DNA from: Octopus sinensis
Taxonomy: Eukaryota
Direction of reading: 5' to 3'
NCBI RefSeq assembly: GCF_006345805.1
Contig: NC_042999.1
Coordinates: forward strand, 4,154,001 to 4,218,000
Length of the DNA: 64,000 nt
How positions within the stretch are numbered: position 1 is the stretch's first letter; the number at the start of each line of letters is the position of its first letter. The notes beneath the pieces were generated by a model. The model had not been told where the DNA came from. It did no database searches and worked only from the letters and a program-made list of their open reading frames with translations. Below, piece after piece: positions 11,064-25,531 of this stretch. Both the position numbers and the translations under genes were made by a program.

Positions 11064-11720
11064 ATGTTATGATTTATAAAGAAGGTGGAACATGTAAAGA
11101 TTCCATTTGGTGTATGCTGCAGAATGCATGAAACACAACTTAATTTATGTTGGTTGTACAACAGAACAATTAAACAAAAGGTTTAATGGGTACAGATTCA
11201 ACATCAGGCACAATAACAGTTGTTCAACAGAACTTGCAGAACATTTTGTTTCAAGTGGCTGCAATCTTGAAGAAGACTTGAAAGTGCATGTTCTCAGAAA
11301 ATATTCTGAATCTGCTTCACTTTCACTTCTCAGAATGTATGAGGAGAAATACGTTTGCAGGTTATTAACATCACGCCCTGGAGGAATGAATAAGATGACA
11401 GGAGAATATCATCAAATTTATACAAAACTGTTTGATTAAATATTCTTCTTTCTCTCTTTTTCTTTCCTTTTTTCTGTTGTCTTCTTTTTTCTGTCTTTTC
11501 CTTTTCGCCTGTTATAAAATTGTAACCTAAAAACTGTTGATGTCATTCCATCAACATGTGGACGCTGGTTGTTCTCGTTCATACTTTATGTTTAAATTTA
11601 TATAATTTTGAATTTTTATCACTTCTTATTTTGAACTTGACAAAAACAGACGTACTGTTGAAATATCGTTCAGCTAATAAAATATCTTACAATCAAATCA
11701 CACTCTTCGTCTTGACTGTT
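11064..11720 (+). mobile_element. Penelope-like element remnant with GIY-YIG endonuclease domain
   Basis: ORF 11107-11439: VYAAECMKHNLIYVGCT...RFNGYR...EH...EEKYVCRL....P.GMN. An upstream 1-bp frameshift restores IYKEGGTCKDS.LVY. Decayed hammerhead layout at 11632-11672. Confidence 0.8.
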
Positions 11721-11754
11721 TACCTTTGTGAAGAGTTAAGGCAATCTCTTTAAA

Positions 11755-11805
<51 letters not shown>

Positions 11806-12350
11806 GAGTGAGAGAACAGTGCATACCATCAAAGTGACACTGGGGTAAAATATACGAAGCCCATCATGACTACCCATCTGATAAGGGTACACCAGGCACA
11901 TGCATCACAACCATGTGTGTTTGACATGGTGATCTCATATCAAGATAAACAGCACATGACCTTGCAGGTGGAGCCCAGTTAGAATTTTCTTTTGGTCAAG
12001 TAACCCATCCCGCTCAAAAGGTTTCTGAATATGGGGTGTTTAAGGATGTTGAACGAAACACCCATGTTTCCAGAGGTGAATTATTCAAACCCCAAAGAAT
12101 CCTTCTCAACACATGGCTATGATGCTCCCCCACTACTTCTGCTTGTGATCAGAGGTGCACATATCGTCAGCCACTAAGGGACATGCTCAACTGGTTAAGG
12201 CCAAACAACTGACAAGCAAATCTGTGGTATTGAGCAGAATATTTGCTGTAGCCCATCTTTTATACCAAGACAAAACAATGTACATGATAACACTTCCAAT
12301 CAGTTAAGATCAGAAGCCATGGGAGCCACTGCCTGGTACTGCATCAGGGC

Positions 12351-12419
<69 letters not shown>

Positions 12420-12422
12420 TAT
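11755..12422 (-). mobile_element. ~550-bp interspersed repeat embedded in (ATT)n on both sides
   Basis: Unique-looking core bounded by long (ATT)n. Its end (ttattgagtgagag...ccatcaaag) recurs at ~11008-11063, also next to (ATT)n. Confidence 0.55.
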
Positions 12423-12894
12423 TAGGCATTATCTTCTCACAGCAGGCTAACTGCCATGATTCATTCATATGGTATCCACAGTTAACTACAGATGGGTAGA
12501 TGCTATCTAGTAGGCCAAAGCTGCGATTTGAACTTAGAGCTCTGAAAAGAAATCTTTGAGGGATTTAACCACAGCTTAGATTGGAAGATTACTCAGGGCT
12601 TTGAATGAAATAGTTCTGAATCAGAGCTTATAAAAGAATTAGCCTAATACAAAGACACTTAGAATTAGCTTCTTCAAATCTAAATCTCAAAATGTATTGA
12701 TCTCAAAAAGAATTCTCTTTTTCTCTCCTTTTTAGTTAATAGAAATTCTTTATTATACAATATGCGTTGTTTTTCCCTTCTTTTCAACATGTTAATGAAA
12801 AACAATTGATGAATTGCTATGTTTGGCTCTTAGCTCATGAATTTTTAGGTATTCTAATATTTCACAATATGATTTCCTCTTTCTTTTCATTCTT

Positions 12895-14560
12895 TGTTGT
12901 TGTTGTTGTTGCTGTTGTTTAACCCTAGGTGTTTCCTGATCAAGTAAGCCTATTGAACACATTTTTGCCATGATCATCTCATTTTTTGTGGGTCTTTTTT
13001 CCTCAAATCAATAGGGTTACTTTATCCAATGCGTTCTTCTTTTTCTACAATAACATGATGTGATTTGATGAATATTTGACTGTTTTCTAGCAGGTTAAGT
13101 TTCTGCATTGCAGCATACTTGTTGGTTCATATTTTCCATCATTTAGTTTGCATGAAGAAGAATGGACCATAAATTTTGCAAGCTTTACTAGGAACTTGTG
13201 AGGTTTATGTAGTTGATGTTCATCCCAGATCTTTGGAGATTGTTGCCTAAACAATTGCAAGAACAGAATGATTTTCAGATAGAGGTGATGCTAAGCTGGC
13301 AGAGTGTGATGATGTCTTAGTGTGGTGTTTGTCAGAAGAAACAATAATAGATGACAGGGGTATAAAGACAAGTGTTCTGAGTGCATTTGGACTCACCAGG
13401 CTCCGGTCTTATCTGGCAATGTTTCTACAGCTGGATGCCCTTCCTAACGCCAACCACTCCATGAGTGTAGTGGGCGCTTTTTACGTGCCACCTGCACTGG
13501 TGCCAGGCGAGGCTGGCATCGGCCACGGTCGGATTGGTGCATTTTACGTGCGACCTGCACGGAAGCCAGTCAAGGCGGGTGGCACGTAAAATGCACCAAT
13601 CCAACCGTGTCAATGAATAATTCTTATAACATTTTGTCAATTAGATTTTTCAATACAAAACTAGTATGTTTGAGTGTTGTTGTTAATTAGACCCAAAACA
13701 GTTATAATCTAGCAGACTTGTAATTGATCAAAGAAATCCAGTTATCACCATTCCATCCTATCTTATTTTCTGACAATATACTAGGATTACATCATGCAAT
13801 GTGGATGGCACAATATAGTTTGAAGAAAATTTAGCTTCAAATTATAGTAGGTAGAGCAACAAATTAGCAGCTCAATTGTTTATATGATTCTGCAGTAGCT
13901 GCACTGTTCTAGATATTTCAAAGTGGATCACACTTATGCTTCATAAGAAGGCAATAACTCTTCTGGCTCTGAATAAGAGACCAGGCTTTGTGGATGCACT
14001 TGTGAAAATACGATGGATACCTCTTGTGTAATGAGTTGTGAGGAGTTTATATGTGTATCCATACTGTTTTTTAGAACCTATTTCTGGATGATCATTGAGT
14101 TAATATTTGTCTAGCATGAGATACCCAGGTTACATACGGGTGATGCCTGCATACAAAAGTTTATGCAAGGGTGAAATTTAGTATTAGCTGCATAGAGCTG
14201 TGTATAGTTCAAATTTAACAGCATGGAAGTCATTTATAGATAAATGATATAGTTTACAATTTAATTGAACACAAGTACATGTCAAAGTTGACATAGTGTA
14301 GATCAGAAAAAGAGAACCAATCTCATGCCATAAATCCTGATTCAAGATAAAAGATGAATGGATGAGCTCAAAGGCAGATAAATTTGTCAGAAATTGTTTA
14401 TAATTCTCATACTGGAGTCTGCTGATCTAAAGAGCAATAGCATTGCTTTTACCAACGTTCTCCAAAACAATTTAACTTGCTTAAGAAATTTTTCTGTGTT
14501 TACTCTGTCATATTTATTGCTCGGATTAACATTTTGAGGTAAATAATACTAATATACATC
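12895..14560 (-). mobile_element. Heavily decayed CR1/L2-like LINE 3' region with (CAA)n tail, interrupted by younger inserts
   Basis: Fragmentary minus-strand translations resembling an RT C-terminus (ISRLQYENYKQFLTNLSAFELIHSSF; HKLLYAG...P) and a ...ggttaaacaacagcaacaac tail. Many stops. Confidence 0.35.
13385..13609 (-). mobile_element. RTE-type 3' UTR fragment with terminal foldback
   Basis: gtttctacagctggatgcccttcctaacgccaacc body shared with 52390-52680 and 61845-62090; 28-bp inverted repeat at 13524-13609. Confidence 0.7.
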
Positions 14561-16254
14561 AATAAAATTAATTGACATTGACTGAGAAAAGAGAAAAGAA
14601 AAAGCATACAAATGATACCTGAAAATAATTTTCCTATAAACAAAAAGGCATTTTCTTAAAGATTGTGCATAATTTACTCTTAATTCAGGTAAATTTACCT
14701 ACATGTATTATTTATAAAATATAAAGATAGATATAAGTATGTACTTAATAGAAATAACAGATATAACAGATTTGTCATTGTTTATATCTTGTATTACATT
14801 CAAAATCACAGACAACTAGTCATATTAACATAGGACATAAGGAAGTTGACCTTTAATAAATGTCCCTCTATATTTAATATACTATGCCATCTGTACAAAT
14901 TTTGTGATCTAAAAATCTGTTTTCAACATGTTTTTCATTCAATTATAAATTCAACAAATTAGCAATTTTTATTTCACTCTATGTCTAAACAGCACAAGTA
15001 AATGCAGTAAAGCTTTTTTAAACAATTGTGCACCTTTTGTTTTAACAATAATTGTTGTAGTGTACTGTTAGGTTTTTAAACATATAACAGTTTGTGATGT
15101 TATTTGAGTGTAATTCCAGTTGTAAACAAAGACACATCTGTTATACCTATCATCTTCTATTAGCTGTATATCTTTAGGTAATTCACCTACAAGTTTTATA
15201 AACAAATTTTGGAAATAAGGTTTGTAGGCAAAATTACTTGAATTAAAGATAAATTATGTGCAATTTTTGAGAAAATATTTTTTTATAAGAAAATTATTTT
15301 CAGATATTTGTAAACTTTTAACTGAAAAAAGAAAATACCCAGAATGAAATAAGAGGATTTTTATCTTTTGTATTTAACAATACAGAAATAAATTAGCTTT
15401 GTTTTTCTTTTTTCTCTTTTCTCTCTAATGATGCTAATTAATATTATTTATCTTAAAACGTTAATTCGAGCCATAAATATGACAATAAACCCAATCAAAA
15501 AATCGGTGGGGCGGGATGCAAATTAAAGCTATTGTAAAAAATCACTGAACATTATTCTTTTTATTATCTGAAAATTAAAAGAACAAATTGCTTTCGTGTG
15601 AAATTTCATTTAAAATTTTTTTTCTTACACAAATTATTTCTATTTTCAACATAAGGATTATAGCATTGTCTATTTTTCTAAAAATATTTAAGCAAATCAA
15701 TTTAAGACATGTTTTTATCTTTGCTAAATTGAGCATATTGAAATTTATTGAGATAAATTTTTCCAAAAACAAACTAAAGGAACTGTACTTGCTTGGCGTG
15801 AAATTTTCAAAGATATGAAAATCTAAATCCCAAAGTAGGTTAGATCCAAAGAAAAAGCAAGCTAGAATACATATTTAAAATACTGTTTCCCTTTGGTGTA
15901 TCTTACAAAACTATCAAAGGCTTCTTGTCTGTTTTCTATATTTTATTCATTTGTCCATTCAAAGAATATTAGGAAGCAAGAGAAAAAGGTTGCTGCATTT
16001 ACTCACATTAATATCCATTTTTCCATGATTACATTTATCAGAGGGAAATTGTTGAGGCAGATTTTCTATGACTAGATGCTCCTACTGTTGTCATTCCTCA
16101 TCTGTTTCCAAGCAAAGAAATATTTTCCCATTGTCAATCATAAATAACACTACTTATAAAATGATGACACTCATTTACAATTATCATGTTATATCAAAAC
16201 AAGGGGACACAAACCCACATACTCATAGAGGAGACCCTCTTCAGTCATGAATGA

Positions 16255-16616
16255 CCATAGGATTGCCCCCTAGAAAGTTACCCTCCAAGGCTCAAGTTCG
16301 GGCAAAGTTATTTGTAGAAGGCCAGCAGTCACCCATGCATACCAGCCTCTCCTCTCCACACCACTGATGGAAAAGGTAAAAGCTGATACAGCTTGGCACC
16401 AGTAATGTCACAACTCATTTCTACAGCTGAGTTAACAGGAGCAATGTGAAATAAAGTGTCTTGCTCAAGAACACAACATGCAGCCCAGTCCAAGAATCAA
16501 ACTCACAACCCCACAATCGTAAGCTCGATGCTCTAACCACTGAGCCACGCAGGAATTGAACTCACAACCTCATGATCATTAGCTTGACACTCTAACCACT
16601 GAGCCATGTACCTTCA
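16255..16616 (-). mobile_element. SINE (family B) with two tandem tRNA-like heads
   Basis: ctcacaacc...ctctaaccactgagcca occurs twice (~16500-16550 and ~16560-16610). The body is related to 24110-24290 and 52670-52910. Confidence 0.65.
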
Positions 16617-16749
16617 CACGCTCATAAATATACCTTTATTGTACACAGTATTATTGACCCATTTCACTAAGTCTTACCAATCAGTTTCACATATGAATTA
16701 GGTAATTTGGTGATTTCTTTATACTGTGTTCATCAGCATCCAGTATGGA

Positions 16750-16799
<50 letters not shown>

Positions 16800-17189
16800 A
16801 TGCACAACAGACTACCTTCAGTTTTTCTCTATTATTTCCACTCACAGGGCTTCAGTTGGCCTGAGGCTTCAGTAGAAGACACTTGCCTAAGGTGCCATGC
16901 AGTGGGATCAAACATAAAATCACTTGGTTTGGAGGCAAACTTCTTAACTGCACAAGTTTTAAATTTAATGAAACATCAAAACTTAAATTTTTGTCAGAAT
17001 TTGGTATATTCAGGTGCTGTGAAGCAACAAACTTTTGGTAAAGACCATCTTGATGTTCTAAGAACTTTTGAAGGTTCATGTCCCACTAATTGTAGGTCTC
17101 TTGGCTCAGCTGCTTCGAAATAATGTCTCCAGAACTTTTAGATGTCACTAGTTTCAGTGGGAGTGGAAGGTGGTATTCTATGATCTATC

Positions 17190-17430
17190 TATAATAAAGG
17201 CGGCGAGCTGGCAGAAACGTTAGCACACCGGGCGAAATGCTTTGCGGTATTTCGTCTGACGTCACGTTCTGAGTTCAAATTCCGCCGAGGTCAACTTTGC
17301 CTTTCATCCTTTCGGGGTCGATAAATTAAAGTACCAGTTACGCACTGGGGTCGATGTAATCGACTTAATACCTATGTCTGTCCTTGTTTGTCCTCTCTGT
17401 GTTTAGCCCCTTGTGGGTAATAAAGAAATA
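17190..17430 (+). mobile_element. Young SINE (family C) with 18-bp target-site duplication
   Basis: TSD ggtattctatgatctatc at 17172-17189 and 17431-17448. Head ggcggcgagctggcagaa...gagttcaaattcc. Relatives at ~33975, 37850, 38080, 50580 and 63700. Confidence 0.85.
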
Positions 17431-19197
17431 GGTATTCTATGATCTATCCACTATCGGTAGGGGAGTCGCCTTATTTGGGTTTCTTGTTTCTTTCACTAAT
17501 ATAGTGTTATCATTTTAACTTTCTTTTTATGGAATCATTTTAATGTTTTATATAGTCGTTTTATTTTTCTTAAATCAGCAACTTTATATGATTATTTTGT
17601 GTAATTCTTTGTGAAATTTGAAATTTTTTTAGTATTTCAATTTTATCTAAATTTGTATGTCTACCTGTTTTTATAGCTATTGTTGATATTATATATAAAT
17701 GGGTTCAGGCAGCAAGATAAAAGAGATTGTTGTTGTTAACAGCATAAAAATGCTCCTTGTATTTATTTCATTGACAAAATTCATAAACAAGGAAAACTTA
17801 TCTATTTTAGTCCGCTAGTTATCATTTAAAAATAATATTCCTTGCTGCATATTAAATGGTTTCAATTTTTGATTCATACACATATTTAGTTATTTGCATA
17901 GAAACAAGATGACAAAGAAAATTATCAACTGAGTTTCATAATGCCATATATACACAAAAGAAAGCTATGTAATGTCTGTGTTTTGTTTAAATCAGTTTTT
18001 TTTTATTTAGAGGACACTATGTCTGCTTATTTAAACACAAATAAAGGTTCATGAATCTGTCAGAATCAGGCTGATTAGTCACATCTGTCTTACTGAATTT
18101 CAGCTCTGCTTAAAATACTAAGATCATTTCTCCTATAGTCTCTGGTTTCAGCTGTGTCAATTATAAATTGAATATTTCTAGCTTGATCTATTGAGAAGAA
18201 AGAGAGATAAACATAATTACGAGTTTGTATATTACAAGTGGATTTTAAATTATATGTATATTTAAGATTGTGGGGCATATTAAACTAGATCGTTATACTG
18301 ATAATAACAAAAGAAAAGATTTATTGAGTAACCAAAGAAATAAAAATGAAAAAAAAAAGCATTATCCTATACTTGACAGTGCAACAGTATGTCTGAGAGC
18401 TAGAAGCATACTACAATTCATAAAATGGAGAGTAGTATTATATCAAGACCAAAGCAATACAGGAAACAACTAAACTCAAAACGAAATCAACTCAGACAAA
18501 AATCAATACTTCATTTAAAACCTAATAGGAAAACAAATACTGTCTACATGGAAAGATTTCTACATTAGGCAAACTGCAAATGTCTCAAAAACTCTATATC
18601 TCTATTGATACATGATATAAATACTAATTTTCTGAGGACATATGCCAACCAGGCTGTTGGCTTTGCTTTATTTCAATATGAATAATATTACATATAGAAG
18701 GCAAGCATTATCAATCTTTTTTTATGATTCAAAGTATGTTTATGTGTATATTAAATGACATTAATCTGTGATTAATAAATGCATTTACACAAATATTTGC
18801 AATAATGCAACTGCACACGTGTTGGCAGATATTTATAGCTTTATAATTTATGATTAAATTCTTAGAATTGAAATGACAATATGATTTATAATTAATTAGA
18901 TTTGTCAGAGAATAAAGAAAAGTGTTCTTGCTCATATCTTTGACACAACATAAGAGGCTGGTAGTTATTGTCCAGTAAGCAACAGAGCCTAAGCATTAAA
19001 ACTATGTTGCTTTTGTTTACAATGCTATCTTGCAGTTCTTTGTAAGACCCTTTCTGGTTTTTCAGTGATGGCACCTCCAGAAGTAATGAATGAAAGTAGA
19101 TGTATCAAACACTGTTATGTCTGTAAATCTTATTATTTCTATAAGCATATCAATCTTCATCATCATCATCATCATCATCATCACCACCACCACCACC

Positions 19198-19231
<34 letters not shown>

Positions 19232-20446
19232 TCACTGTTTTAATATCCACTCTCCATGCTTTTGTGAATTAGAATGAATTTGTTGAGGCAGATTTTTCTG
19301 TAGTTGGGTGCTCACCCTGTCATCAACCCTCACCTGTTTCAAAGCAAGGTAATATTCCCTTAATCTAACTGAGCAACAAACAGCCCACAGTTATTTACAT
19401 AGTAAGATGGAAACATGATTATATGAACAAGTCATTTTGTTTACAAAGATCATGCAACATGTCAAGACATGTCAAGAAACCTTGCGGTTGACTGCAAGCA
19501 AACAACATTACTTGTATTGACAAGAGGTAAATAGAAATTCAATCACACACACACAAACACACACACACACACATATGACAAACCTTTTCAGTTTTGTTAT
19601 CAATTTTACCTACTATGTACTGGACCTGCTGGTATAGCATAGAACATTTGCTGAAGGTTTGATCCCCTGATGTTATGGTTCTGAAACAAACTTCTTAATC
19701 ACACACCAACACCTTTAGTGATGAAACATGTACTGTATAAGGATGTATGCATGCTGTTGCTGAAGATCCACCCAATTGCATGTATATTTAACTAAGTTTC
19801 AGTTCTGTTAGATGTCTTATTGATGCTGGTAATAAGACAATTGTTAAAAGCCCTAAGTACAACAAAAGATAGATATTCAAACATCAAATTCAGTCTTAGA
19901 AATCATCATCATCAATTAATATCTGTTTCCTATGCTGACATAGGTTGGCTGGTTTGACAGGAGCTGGCTAGCCACAGAGCTGCTCAGATTCAAATTGTCA
20001 GTTTCGGCAAGGTTTCTATGGCTGAATGCCCTTCCTAATGCTAACCACTTTGCAGAGTGTACTGGGTGCTTATTACATGGAACCAGCACCGGTGCTCTTA
20101 TGTTCCATTGGCATAGGTGCTTTTTATGTGGCAGCAGCATAGGTGCTTTTTGCATGTCATTTAAAAAGGGGCTTTTTAACATGGCACTGGCGTAAGTACT
20201 CTTTATGTGGCACCAGCCATAGAATCATTAGAGCAGTATTTCTTCAACTTGCTGCATTCTGAGTTCAAAGCCCGTTGAGAGCAACTTTGCCTTTCATCTT
20301 TTCAGAGTTGATGAAATAAAGTCCCAGTTCATTGTAGGGATGGATATGATACCATCCCTAAAAAAAAATACTCAGAGTATTTTCTTTTTTAGCTCTTTGT
20401 GTTCAGATTTTGGGGTTGTAAAGCTAATCCATTGCTGAGTTTAATA

Positions 20447-20564
20447 CAGTGGTTCTCAACCTTTTTTTTTTTACTATGGACCCCTTTGATTTGCACATAA
20501 ACTTTAACAATAAAATATTATGTGGATTCCCAAGTGTCATATGGACTCTAGTTGAAAACCACTG
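20447..20564. mobile_element. hAT (Charlie/MER5-like) MITE
   Basis: TIRs cagtggttctcaac / gttgaaaaccactg; right flank atctagca resembles the Charlie target consensus. Confidence 0.7.
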
Positions 20565-21574
20565 ATCTAGCACCACTGCCTAATCATTGGGAGCTTTTAA
20601 TGGACTTCTCTCTGTTGGTCAACTCACCTGATTGACAACTTCTTCCCTTCATTCCACCAGTTTTTAATTCCCCCAAATTAAAGGATCATACACAATACTC
20701 TAACCCTCCCTGACTAAATGGCAAACCAAAAGCATACTCAATTTAGAACAATTGGCTATATATATATGATAGTGTTTGTTTTATTTATTACTAATTGGGC
20801 CACAGTCAGTTGTGAATTTAATTTTAATATAAATTAGTATTTCTTTTTTCAGTCTGTCAGAGGAGGTTGAAATAATACCCATAGCCTTTGCCAGTCCTCT
20901 CAAACTAATCATATCAATGTAATTGGTGGTCACTTGAAACACTTGTAACTGATGCCTAAGGAATTATAGAAGATTTCAGTGTGGTGGAGAAATGATAGGG
21001 AAAAAAGTTTATTCAGAAGTGGGAGCAGGTGCTGATGATATAGTTTAGTTGTCATAGAAAAAAAAAAAGAGATAGGTGTATGTTGAGCTTGGTTAGAAAG
21101 TTATGAATTCAGCTACAGGGAAGTAAAGAAAGACTAGATTAAGTTACATACATAAAATAAAAAAGATCTATGAAATCCCTCTTGTCAGTAATTTTCCACC
21201 TATTCACTTGTCAATCATTCATTTCTGACATAACAAAGTATATTCTTCTCACTATCCTTTATATCAGCCAGAAGTGTATGATATTTATTTTGTTTACAAC
21301 TGACTTTAAAGGTTTCTAGTTACTGTCAAATGTCATTGTAGTATTTACACTACACTAAAAGATGATATTGATACTAAAGCTGCAAATTAAAACACAACTA
21401 TTCTCATAGTTTAGGGAGATGCAATACATTCTCTTTGCTGAAACTTCATCAAGAAATACCAGTTTAGATAAAAGTTGTTAAAATTAACAGAAACACTTAC
21501 CCTTCATTCAGCAATTTGAACAAGAGAAAAAACACTTTCTATTCAATTTCTCATATAGCATATGAAAATCCTCC

Positions 21575-21606
<32 letters not shown>

Positions 21607-21711
21607 CTCCTCTTCCTCCTCCTCTTCCTCCTCCTCCTCTTCCTCTCCTCTTCCTTCTCCTCTTCCTCCTCCTCTTCCTCCTCCTCTTCCTCCTCCTCAT
21701 CACCACCGAAG

Positions 21712-21744
<33 letters not shown>

Positions 21745-22239
21745 TCATCATCTCAACAGCCACTTTCCCATGCATGCATGTGTCAGATGAAATCCATTGA
21801 GTTGCTCAAGGTGCCATGCAGTAGGACTGAACTCAGAACCATGTGAATGGGAAGCAAACTTCTTAAACACACAGCAATATCTGCTCTTCACCAGAAAAAA
21901 ACAAAAAAAAACCCCAAAAACAAACAAAACACATAAAATGGTGTTTTAATCCTCAACATCATCATTTTTCTTTTACTATAACCACACCACATTTCTATAC
22001 TCATATAAATACTAAATACTTGGTTATGTTTCTTTACTGGGGAAATAAAAGGTTAGGAGCTCTTCATTCTCATGATCACTTTTTCCATATAAAAGGACTG
22101 GTGTCAGTTCTCCTGCTATGCTTTCATGAAATACAAAAATATACTATCAATAGAATGTAACCATCATACGTCTCAATATATGCATATTTGATATAGATAT
22201 ACAAAGTTTTCAAAGCAAATACACACACACACATGTGTG

Positions 22240-22271
<32 letters not shown>

Positions 22272-22587
22272 CTTCTATTCAGAGGTTATTAATACTTTCA
22301 TCAATGTAAGATTAATCTCAGTTCATAGAAGCTACAAAGAAGTAAAATATGTTTAGCATACATGAAATATATATTTAATTTCAGATTTGTATGTAGTCTT
22401 ACATACCAATACAAAATATCAGTCGTAAGCAAATGTGTTGCTCGTGTATGTGTGTTTGTGTGTGCACATGTGTTTACATATGTGTGTGTATGTGTGTGTG
22501 TCTGCATGTGTGTGTGTGCATTTGTGTGTATATGCATAAATATCTATGTATGTGTTCATATAAGGTTGTTACAACACTGTGTGTGTG

Positions 22588-22620
<33 letters not shown>

Positions 22621-22705
22621 CTGTATATATATATATAAAGTATATATATATATAAAGTATATATATATATATGTGTATATGTATATATATATATATATAT
22701 AATGC

Positions 22706-22739
<34 letters not shown>

Positions 22740-23442
22740 TGTATATATACATGTATATAATGTATATATAATGTATATAATATCTATGTGTATGCATATG
22801 CATATATATTAAGAAAGAGAGAAAGAAAATAGATCTCTATATTCATCTATTCATGATCATGAATACTACATTATAAGCATATGGATATGCAAATTTCTCT
22901 ATATGAATATATATGAACATTTCTGTGTATATATGTATGTATACATCTTTATATATATATAGATATATATATATATGCATATGATTTACTGTTCCATTAT
23001 GGTAGGATCAATATACACACACACATTCATTCATGCACACATGCACACACACACACACACATATGCATATATCTGTATATATATCTATATATATATATTT
23101 CACAAAATACATCAGGAATGTGCCTTTGAGCAGAATCTACCTAAGGACCTCATAAAAAGAGCAAAATAAATTAATAAAGTGTTATGTAAACTAAATGAAT
23201 TAATAACAACTCCTGGTATGCATATTTAGTCATATATATATATGCATGTGAGCATATGTATATATGTGTGTATATATGTAAATATATGTATATCTATGTG
23301 TATATAGATATACACATAGATATATATATGTAAGCATAGATACATAGATGTGTGTGTGCATATATACATGTATATGCATAGAGTGAGTAAGATTAAACAC
23401 TGTTAGGCTTGAGACATGTATTTACATGGAGCACAAAATACA

Positions 23443-23829
23443 TCTTTATATATAAAAGTCAAGTTGTGTGTCTGTCTCCTACGATTTAGATTCCTAACTA
23501 CTCCCACATTTTGCGGTGCAGTTTAACCAAAACCGGGTATCTTATAGTCGTGATTCATATCGAGCCCTTCTGGGTATTAGCACGCGTCTACGATTTAAAA
23601 AAAAATTTACCGTCATTTTTTCCATTTTAATGCATTTTTTCCGCTATTATATAAGGGAAGTAACTCTCTAAAAATGTCTACGATGAGTCAACGATTTAAA
23701 AAAAAATTTACCATCATTTTTTTTCCATTTTTAATGCATTTTTTTGCTATTTTTTGGCTATAACTCTCTAAAAATGTTTATATAGTTATTTCCCTTACAA
23801 ATCCAAGCAACGCCGGGCGATACTGCTAG
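23443..23829 (+). mobile_element. Helitron-type element, second subfamily with internal ~110-bp tandem duplication
   Basis: a|TCTTTATATATAAAAG...GCCGGGCGATACTGCTAG|t; the acgatttaaaaaaaaatttacc...taactctctaaaaatg block occurs twice. Confidence 0.85.
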
Positions 23830-24489
23830 TATACAATAAAGCAAGAATATATAAAGTGTTATCTTAACAGCTGTTTCAAGATGACCATAATTTATGTAAA
23901 AACTATATTCATAAGTAGTATGTGCATGGTGTCATAGGTGTGTGACCAGCAAAAAGTGCAGATGAAATTGTTTAAGTAAGTTAGGTTTCCCTTTTCAAAG
24001 CATGCATATGTGTGTGTGAGAGAGAGTGAGTGTGTGTGTGTGTACAAACACACATACACTCACACACACACACACACACATTTGGTGCAAATGTAAACTA
24101 GACAATGTGCAAGGTGAGTTGTTTAGTTGTTAGATTGTTGAGCTCACGATCATAAGGATAATGGTTCCATTCCCAGGCTGGGTGACATGTTGGGTCGCTT
24201 AGCATAGCACTACATTTCATTTCACTCTAGTTTACTTGGCTGAAATGATTCCCAACCAAGTATTGGTGTAGCCCTCTCTCTTCCTCCAGTTGTCACATCT
24301 TGGATGTTCTACTGGTGCTAAGAGGGTACCAGCATCTGCTTGCATATACCTAGGTACCTGAAATAATTAGCAAAAATACAATAAATTTTATGTAGTCATT
24401 GAAAGCTCTTGCATTGTGAACTGTTATTGAGCAACTGAGTATACATACATACATACATACATACATACATACATACATACATACATACA

Positions 24490-24522
<33 letters not shown>

Positions 24523-24792
24523 CATTGTCGTCATTATCATCATCATCATTTAACATCCCTTTTTCCATGCTAGCATGGATTTAACAAGAACAAACAAGCC
24601 AAAGGGCCTCACGAGGTCCTATGTCTGCTTTGGTATTGTTTCTACAGCTGGATATACTTCCTAATGCCAACCACTTAACAGAAAGCAGGGGTGCTTTTTA
24701 TGTGCATTTAAACTAGACATGTAAAGGTGCATTATCTAAGTAGTAATATATTACTTTATGTGCATATGTTTGTGAATTTGCATTTGCACAAT

Positions 24793-25021
24793 TTAACATT
24801 TTTGTTACTGTGTGTCTACTGAAATACACAGCTTGGGTTTCAATTAATGTTGAAAGTAATGAAGAATTTAGTAAAATAATTTTCTCACTATTAAGCTGGT
24901 GTTTGAAACAAATTTTAACATAAAATTTTAATGCAAGGTTTTAATTTAGATCAGTTTAAATCAGAAAGTTTGTATCATGGAACCAAGGGCATTTTAGGTA
25001 GGACAGTATCAAGAGGGTTAA
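24793..25021. mobile_element. piggyBac-like MITE (TTAA-bounded)
   Basis: Bounded by TTAA, ends agggTTAA. Body shared with 25308-25531, ~34200-34430, 56110-56330 and 59683-59957. Confidence 0.55.
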
Positions 25022-25307
25022 AGAATTGTTTCCAAAAGTCCAGTAGAGCATTTGAAAGCCAGAGTTTAGTTCCAGTCATAATACAATAAATAATTAGGTG
25101 ATAAATCTTCACTGGACTGGAATGACATTTCATAAACTCCCAGCAAAAATTCAATCATATCGCTTGCATAATAACTTGATCCATCAGCTTAACATCAATC
25201 ATTTTTCAATATCTTTACTTCCTTTTCGTATTTAATCCTTTTTTGTTTTTGTTCACTACTGAGTTTTCTAGGATGTTTGAAATTTTTTTACCCTCAGCTT
25301 CATTTCT

Positions 25308-25531
25308 TTAACCCTTTCATTATTATATTTCTGTTGTATTTCAACAGAAACACACTACCCTTGTTTTAATTAATTCTGAAGATAATTAAGTATTCCATAA
25401 AATAACTGTCATATTAAGCTGGTGTTTTGAATATAAATTAACATGAAATTTTGATGAAGGATTTTAGATCTAGATCACTTTAAAACAAGAAATTTTTATC
25501 ATAGATTCAGAGGCAATGTCAGGTAGGTTAA
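25308..25531. mobile_element. piggyBac-like MITE (TTAA-bounded)
   Basis: TTAAccctttc start; same body as 24793-25021. Confidence 0.55.

Noticed and set aside
14453-14548. 96-nt minus-strand exon-like frame YYLPQNVNPSNKYDRVNTEKFLKQVKLFWRTL
   Set aside because: Contiguous with decayed LINE RT-like sequence; better explained as a retroelement relic.
21516-21846. Poly-Pro/Leu/Ser/Arg ORFs
   Set aside because: (CCT)n/(CTT)n/(CAT)n microsatellite running into a SINE head. Similar cases at 19062-19277 and 40964-41285.
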